A stretch of 64,000 nucleotides of DNA from positions 13,984 through 77,983 of the forward strand of contig CAYSKJ010000001.1 in NCBI GenBank assembly GCA_964431655.1. Reading direction: 5' to 3'. Origin of the DNA: an uncultured bacterium. GTDB lineage: Bacteria > CAYMEV01. Within the stretch, counting starts at the first letter, position 1; the number at the start of each line of letters is the position of its first letter. The notes below the pieces were generated by a model, which saw only the letters and a program-made list of their open reading frames with translations, was not told the origin of the DNA and ran no database searches. This document shows positions 60,176 through 64,000 of this stretch, piece after piece. A program made the translations under genes and the position numbers.

Positions 60176-60932
60176 TCTTGGATTTATAAGGCTCCATACC
60201 TATGGTTTCTGTATTTCACTGGGTGTAGTGGCTGCTTTATTGCTGGCCATAAAGCTGGGCAGGTCCTTTGATATAAGCAGGGATTTCATACTGGATCTTA
60301 CGATAAAACTGCTTATATCGGGGATCATTGGCTCGAAAATCCTCTATATCATGGTATATTACCAGGAATTTATCCAGGAACCTGTCAGGATAATCAGGGA
60401 TTTCAGGTCTGGATTTGTTTTTTTCGGGGGACTTATCCTTGCATTTATAATGGGCTATCTGCATGTCAGAAAGAGTAAATACAGGATGGGCAATCTTTTT
60501 GATGTTTTCGCCCCTGCATTGGCCCTTGCCCATTCCTTTGGAAGGCTCGGGTGCACCATGGCTGGATGCTGTTATGGAAAGGCGGTGCCCCATGATGCCT
60601 TTTATACCCTGCGTTTCTGCCATCCTGAAACCATTGCCTGTCCTGTATGCAGGCCTCTTATTGCGACACAGCCCATAAGTTCGATATTTCTCTTTCTGCT
60701 GTCGATGCTTATGCTATCTCTTTTTTTTAAATGGAAAAAGCGTTATCCTGGAAGCCTATTATTTATCTATGCATCAACTTATTCCCTTTTCAGGTTTATT
60801 ATTGAGTTTTTCCGCGGTGATGACCGCGGGTTCCTTTTCGGGCTTTCAACATCCCAGGTCATCAGCATGGCTGTATTTCCGGCAGCCATTTACCTTCTTT
60901 TCAAATATAATATACGCAGAAAGAAACCATGA
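60156..60932 (+). CDS. lgt: Prolipoprotein diacylglyceryl transferase, second identical copy
   Basis: Identical to 35595..36371. Confidence 0.9.
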   Translation: MHPILLDLGFIRLHTYGFCISLGVVAALLLAIKLGRSFDISRDFILDLTIKLLISGIIGSKILYIMVYYQEFIQEPVRIIRDFRSGFVFFGGLILAFIMGYLHVRKSKYRMGNLFDVFAPALALAHSFGRLGCTMAGCCYGKAVPHDAFYTLRFCHPETIACPVCRPLIATQPISSIFLFLLSMLMLSLFFKWKKRYPGSLLFIYASTYSLFRFIIEFFRGDDRGFLFGLSTSQVISMAVFPAAIYLLFKYNIRRKKP

Positions 60933-61918
60933 GTGCGGATATCCCGACAAAAGGGTCTGTTATGTGCCGAAAACCCGGCAGTGAATTATCAGGTCTCAGG
61001 CTTGATATTGCTCTTTCAGAAATGGATCCGGGTATTTCAAGGAATTTTGCACAATATCTTATAATATCCGGATATGTTTTTGTCAATGGCAGGCAGGAAA
61101 TTCGCAAATCCCAGAGACTGAATGCTGAAGATATCGTAGAGGTCTTGGAATATGAAAAAAAATCTGATGCCGTTCCCCTGCCAAAAAAAGCAGAGCTGAA
61201 TATACTGTATCAGGATGAATTCCTTCTGGTCATTGACAAGCCTTCAGGTCTAACAGTCCATCCAGGATCCGGCAATACCCAGGACACCCTTGTTAATGCC
61301 CTGCTCTATTACCGGGAAATGTTCAGCATACGCCTTTCAGATATGCAGGGCATATCCCGGTGCGGTATAGTGCACAGGCTTGACAAGGATACATCCGGTG
61401 CCATGCTTATTGCCAAGGAAAATGAGGCGCACCTTAAGCTTCAAGGACTGTTCAAGGAGCGCAGGGTCAAGAAGGAATACCTTGCGGTGGTATGGGGCGA
61501 GATAATGCCGAACGAACTTATAATTGACAGCCCTATTGGAAGGCACCCCAAAAACAGGCTTAAATTTTCATCAAAATCATCCTTTCCGAAGGATGCATTT
61601 ACAAAAGTGAGGGTATTCAGCCGTTTCAACGGATTCAGCCTCATTAAGGCCTATCCCCTTACCGGCCGGACCCACCAGATCCGTGTTCACATGAAAGAGG
61701 CCGGGTTTCCCATTGTCGGAGATAAAGTATATTCTGCCAAAAGGACACAGAGTATGGAGAAATATTTTGCCAGAAACAGTACGGTTTTAAGACTGATGCT
61801 TCACAGTCAAAGGATTTTATTTCCCCATCCCTTTAAAAGTGATATATTAATTATCAGTTCACCGGTTCCAGCTGATTACAGGGAGTGTTTAAGGGTTTTA
61901 AGGCATTATAATGGTTAG
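60929..61918 (+). CDS. RluA-family pseudouridine synthase, second identical copy
   Basis: Identical to 36368..37357. Confidence 0.85.
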   Translation: MSADIPTKGSVMCRKPGSELSGLRLDIALSEMDPGISRNFAQYLIISGYVFVNGRQEIRKSQRLNAEDIVEVLEYEKKSDAVPLPKKAELNILYQDEFLLVIDKPSGLTVHPGSGNTQDTLVNALLYYREMFSIRLSDMQGISRCGIVHRLDKDTSGAMLIAKENEAHLKLQGLFKERRVKKEYLAVVWGEIMPNELIIDSPIGRHPKNRLKFSSKSSFPKDAFTKVRVFSRFNGFSLIKAYPLTGRTHQIRVHMKEAGFPIVGDKVYSAKRTQSMEKYFARNSTVLRLMLHSQRILFPHPFKSDILIISSPVPADYRECLRVLRHYNG

Positions 61919-63164
61919 AGTCCTAATAGTCGATGATTCAGAAATTATCCGGAAACAGCTCAGGGCATTTCTGGAGACGAAGAAGCGCTATGAGGTTCAG
62001 GAGGCTTCAGACGGCCTGGAAGCAATACAAAAGCTGAAGGCTGACCCTGATTTTGACATCATTGCCCTTGATGTCGAGATGCCGCGTCTTAACGGGCTGG
62101 AAACCCTCAGGGGAATATCTTCCATGGATCTGGATGCTGTGTGTATCATGATAACATCAAGGAGTGACTTTAATACCGTAATACAGGCCGTACGTCAAGG
62201 AGCCTATGATTATGTTACAAAACCCATTGATTTTGAAAACCTCCTTCTTGTAATTGATCGCGCCCTGGAGAAAAGGGCTCTGGAAAAGGAGAACAAGAGG
62301 CTGATTGATGATCTGCAGAAGATGAACAGCAATCTTACCCAGCTGGTAAGGCAGAGAACAAAACATCTTGCAGAAGCGGAACAGAAGGCCAGAACCTATG
62401 CCAACCAGCTTGAAAAGGCCTATGAAGAGCTTAAAAGCCTTGATAAAATGAAGGGCGATTTTATTTCCCTTGCCTCCCACGAGCTCCGGACGCCTCTTGT
62501 TCTTATCAAGGGCTACAGCGAGATACTTCTAAGGAAAAGATACGGGCATATGTCGGAGCAGGTAGAGAATGCCCTGAAGATACAGAGCGAGAATATAGAA
62601 AAACTCAGTGAGATAATAAATGAAATATTAATGATAAATAACCTTGAGATTCTCGAGAATATCTACAAAGAAGAAAATATTGACATTAATCCGGTCCTTG
62701 TGGAGGCCTATGAGTCATTAAAGGAATTTATAAATCTCCGCAATCAGGTCTTCAAGTCCGAGATCAGTGAAATCCCCCTTATTGTAAAAGGCAATAATAA
62801 ACTGCTTTTTTATGCTGTCCATAACCTTCTTATCAATGCCATCAAATTTACCCCCGATGGCGGTGTAATAGTATTAAGAAGCGCAATGAAGAATTCAGAA
62901 AGCCCTTCCAAAGCCCTGATATCTGTCTCTGATACAGGCATAGGCATCCCCCAGGAATCTCTGGAAAAAATATTTACCCCTTTTTACGAAGTAAAGGATA
63001 TTAAGTACCACAGCTCAGGAAAATTTCAGTTCCTTTCCGGAGGGCTCGGAGTAGGACTGTCTATAGCAAAAAACATTGTAAACCAGCATTCAGGCAGGAT
63101 TGCTGTAGAAAGCTCCCTGGGAAAGGGAAGTACCTTCTATATCACCCTTCCCCTCGTGAAATAA
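61911..63164 (+). CDS. Hybrid response regulator / histidine kinase, second identical copy
   Basis: Identical to 37350..38603. Confidence 0.85.
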   Translation: MVRVLIVDDSEIIRKQLRAFLETKKRYEVQEASDGLEAIQKLKADPDFDIIALDVEMPRLNGLETLRGISSMDLDAVCIMITSRSDFNTVIQAVRQGAYDYVTKPIDFENLLLVIDRALEKRALEKENKRLIDDLQKMNSNLTQLVRQRTKHLAEAEQKARTYANQLEKAYEELKSLDKMKGDFISLASHELRTPLVLIKGYSEILLRKRYGHMSEQVENALKIQSENIEKLSEIINEILMINNLEILENIYKEENIDINPVLVEAYESLKEFINLRNQVFKSEISEIPLIVKGNNKLLFYAVHNLLINAIKFTPDGGVIVLRSAMKNSESPSKALISVSDTGIGIPQESLEKIFTPFYEVKDIKYHSSGKFQFLSGGLGVGLSIAKNIVNQHSGRIAVESSLGKGSTFYITLPLVK

Positions 63165-63261
63165 CCCCTTTTCCCGCAGGGAACACCTCTGATAAATATT
63201 GACAACAGGTCCAATCAAAATAGGATTAGACTGTAGCTTCAATATAAAAGGGTGTCATCCT

Positions 63262-64000
63262 ATGTACGCAGGCATCGATGCAGGTTCGCTGTCATTCAAA
63301 ATTGTCCTGGCTGAAGATGAGGGGCTCCTGAGAAAAACGGTTTATCATGAAGGAGAGCCCCTAAAAGCATTCAATAGTATTCTTGAGCAATTCAGGCTGG
63401 ATAACGCAGTCATTACCGGCAGATATGGCGCGCTTATTTCCGGCAGGTACAGAATACCTTCCGCTGACCCTGTCAGAGCCCTGCTTTACAACCAGCAGTC
63501 CAGTGTAAGCCGGATTGTGGATATCGGTGCATCCAGACTCTCCATGATAGAGCTTAAGGGGAAAAAGTTCCACAGGTTAAATACCAATTCCCTTTGTGCA
63601 TCAGGAACAGGTGCCTTCCTTGACCAGCAGATGAAACGGATGGGACTGGATTACAGCATGCTGGAAGGCATTGACTTCATTGAAGACCCCCCTTCCATTG
63701 CAACCCGTTGTGCAGTCTTTGCAAAAAGCGACCTTATACACAGACAGCAGGAGGGTTACCCGGTAAAGATGCTGTGGAACGGCCTGGTGCGTGGAATGGC
63801 TGAATCAGCATTTTCCACCCTTTTCAGGGGGAAAAATATCAGCGGGGACATTCTTCTGATAGGCGGTCTGGCAAACAACCGCATATTTGCAGAATACCTT
63901 AAAAGGCTCTGCGATCCAGCTTGTCTTGTAGTTCCCCAGTATTCATCCTATTACCAGGCTGAGTCAAACCTCCTTTACTGTCAGAATAATAAGGAGCATA
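63262..64000 (+). CDS. CoA-substrate-specific enzyme activase, second copy, truncated by the window end
   Basis: Identical to 38701..39439; the ORF continues off the window. Confidence 0.8.
   Translation, partial: MYAGIDAGSLSFKIVLAEDEGLLRKTVYHEGEPLKAFNSILEQFRLDNAVITGRYGALISGRYRIPSADPVRALLYNQQSSVSRIVDIGASRLSMIELKGKKFHRLNTNSLCASGTGAFLDQQMKRMGLDYSMLEGIDFIEDPPSIATRCAVFAKSDLIHRQQEGYPVKMLWNGLVRGMAESAFSTLFRGKNISGDILLIGGLANNRIFAEYLKRLCDPACLVVPQYSSYYQAESNLLYCQNNKEH

Larger units (their letters stand above)
56003..64000. repeat. Copy 2 of the perfect direct repeat, continuing beyond the window end
   Basis: Identical to 31442..39439 at constant offset 24561; junction 56002/56003 with AGCTT present at both 31442-31446 and 56003-56007. 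Confidence 0.9.

Noticed and set aside
498-60984. Numerous 60-150-aa ORFs on the opposite strand or in alternate frames inside long genes (for example 498..764, 4760..5179, 7219..7671, 32830..33084, 33706..34023, 35676..36062, 45814..46218, 50338..50934, 52971..53654)
   Set aside because: They lie entirely inside strongly supported conserved genes (topA, ileS, lgt, P-type ATPase, ftsY and others), lack motifs, and are the expected by-product of six-frame translation.
31442-64000. Interpretation of the repeat as terminal redundancy from a circular contig, or as IS- or rRNA-mediated duplication
   Set aside because: The sequence before 31442 is not repeated, so this is not a simple end-overlap of a circular contig. 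No transposase, inverted repeats, rRNA or tRNA flank either boundary; only 5-bp microhomology is present. Assembly artefact in general is not rejected and is listed as the alternative in the finding.
1-64000. Search for CRISPR arrays, tRNA/rRNA/tmRNA/RNase P genes, integrases and transposases
   Set aside because: No short regularly spaced direct repeats, no tRNA-like T-loop (GGTTCGAATCC-type) sequences, no RNase P GGAAAGTCCGG box and no recombinase-like ORFs were seen by eye; absence is stated with moderate certainty only, since no tool was run.

Overview
The window is dense bacterial chromosome with about 45 real genes and no transposase, integrase, phage, CRISPR, rRNA or tRNA. The gene content suggests a diderm, probably uncultivated bacterium: LpxL-family lipid A acyltransferase, Lnt, PilT, HD-GYP.

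Housekeeping blocks include folC, the conserved dprA-smg-topA unit, rng, pyrE, queC, rplS-yraN, murB and ftsY. There is a tight ileS-lspA-lgt-rluD-(response regulator/histidine kinase) operon, followed by a 1377-aa BadF/BcrA-type CoA-enzyme activase fusion, lnt and a P-type ATPase. Accessory-looking content includes a solitary 1203-aa STAND NTPase-TPR protein, a MATE / radical-SAM-SPASM / FAD-oxidoreductase operon convergent with murB and a B12-radical-SAM gene, the ablA(kamA)-ablB pair for N-epsilon-acetyl-beta-lysine, a Gly/Gln-rich low-complexity protein, and a c-di-GMP/cAMP signalling operon (GAF-cyclase, HD-GYP, TPR lipoprotein, ftsY).

The dominant structural feature is a perfect direct repeat. 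Positions 31442 to at least 39439 recur identically at 56003..64000, a constant offset of 24561 bp that runs off the window end. The junction at 56002/56003 shows 5-bp microhomology (AGCTT). It truncates a second MATE copy and produces second copies of ileS, lspA, lgt, rluD, the response regulator/histidine kinase and the activase. This is either a recent tandem amplification of a roughly 24.6-kb unit or an assembly artefact. All calls are made by eye from motifs; no searches were run.
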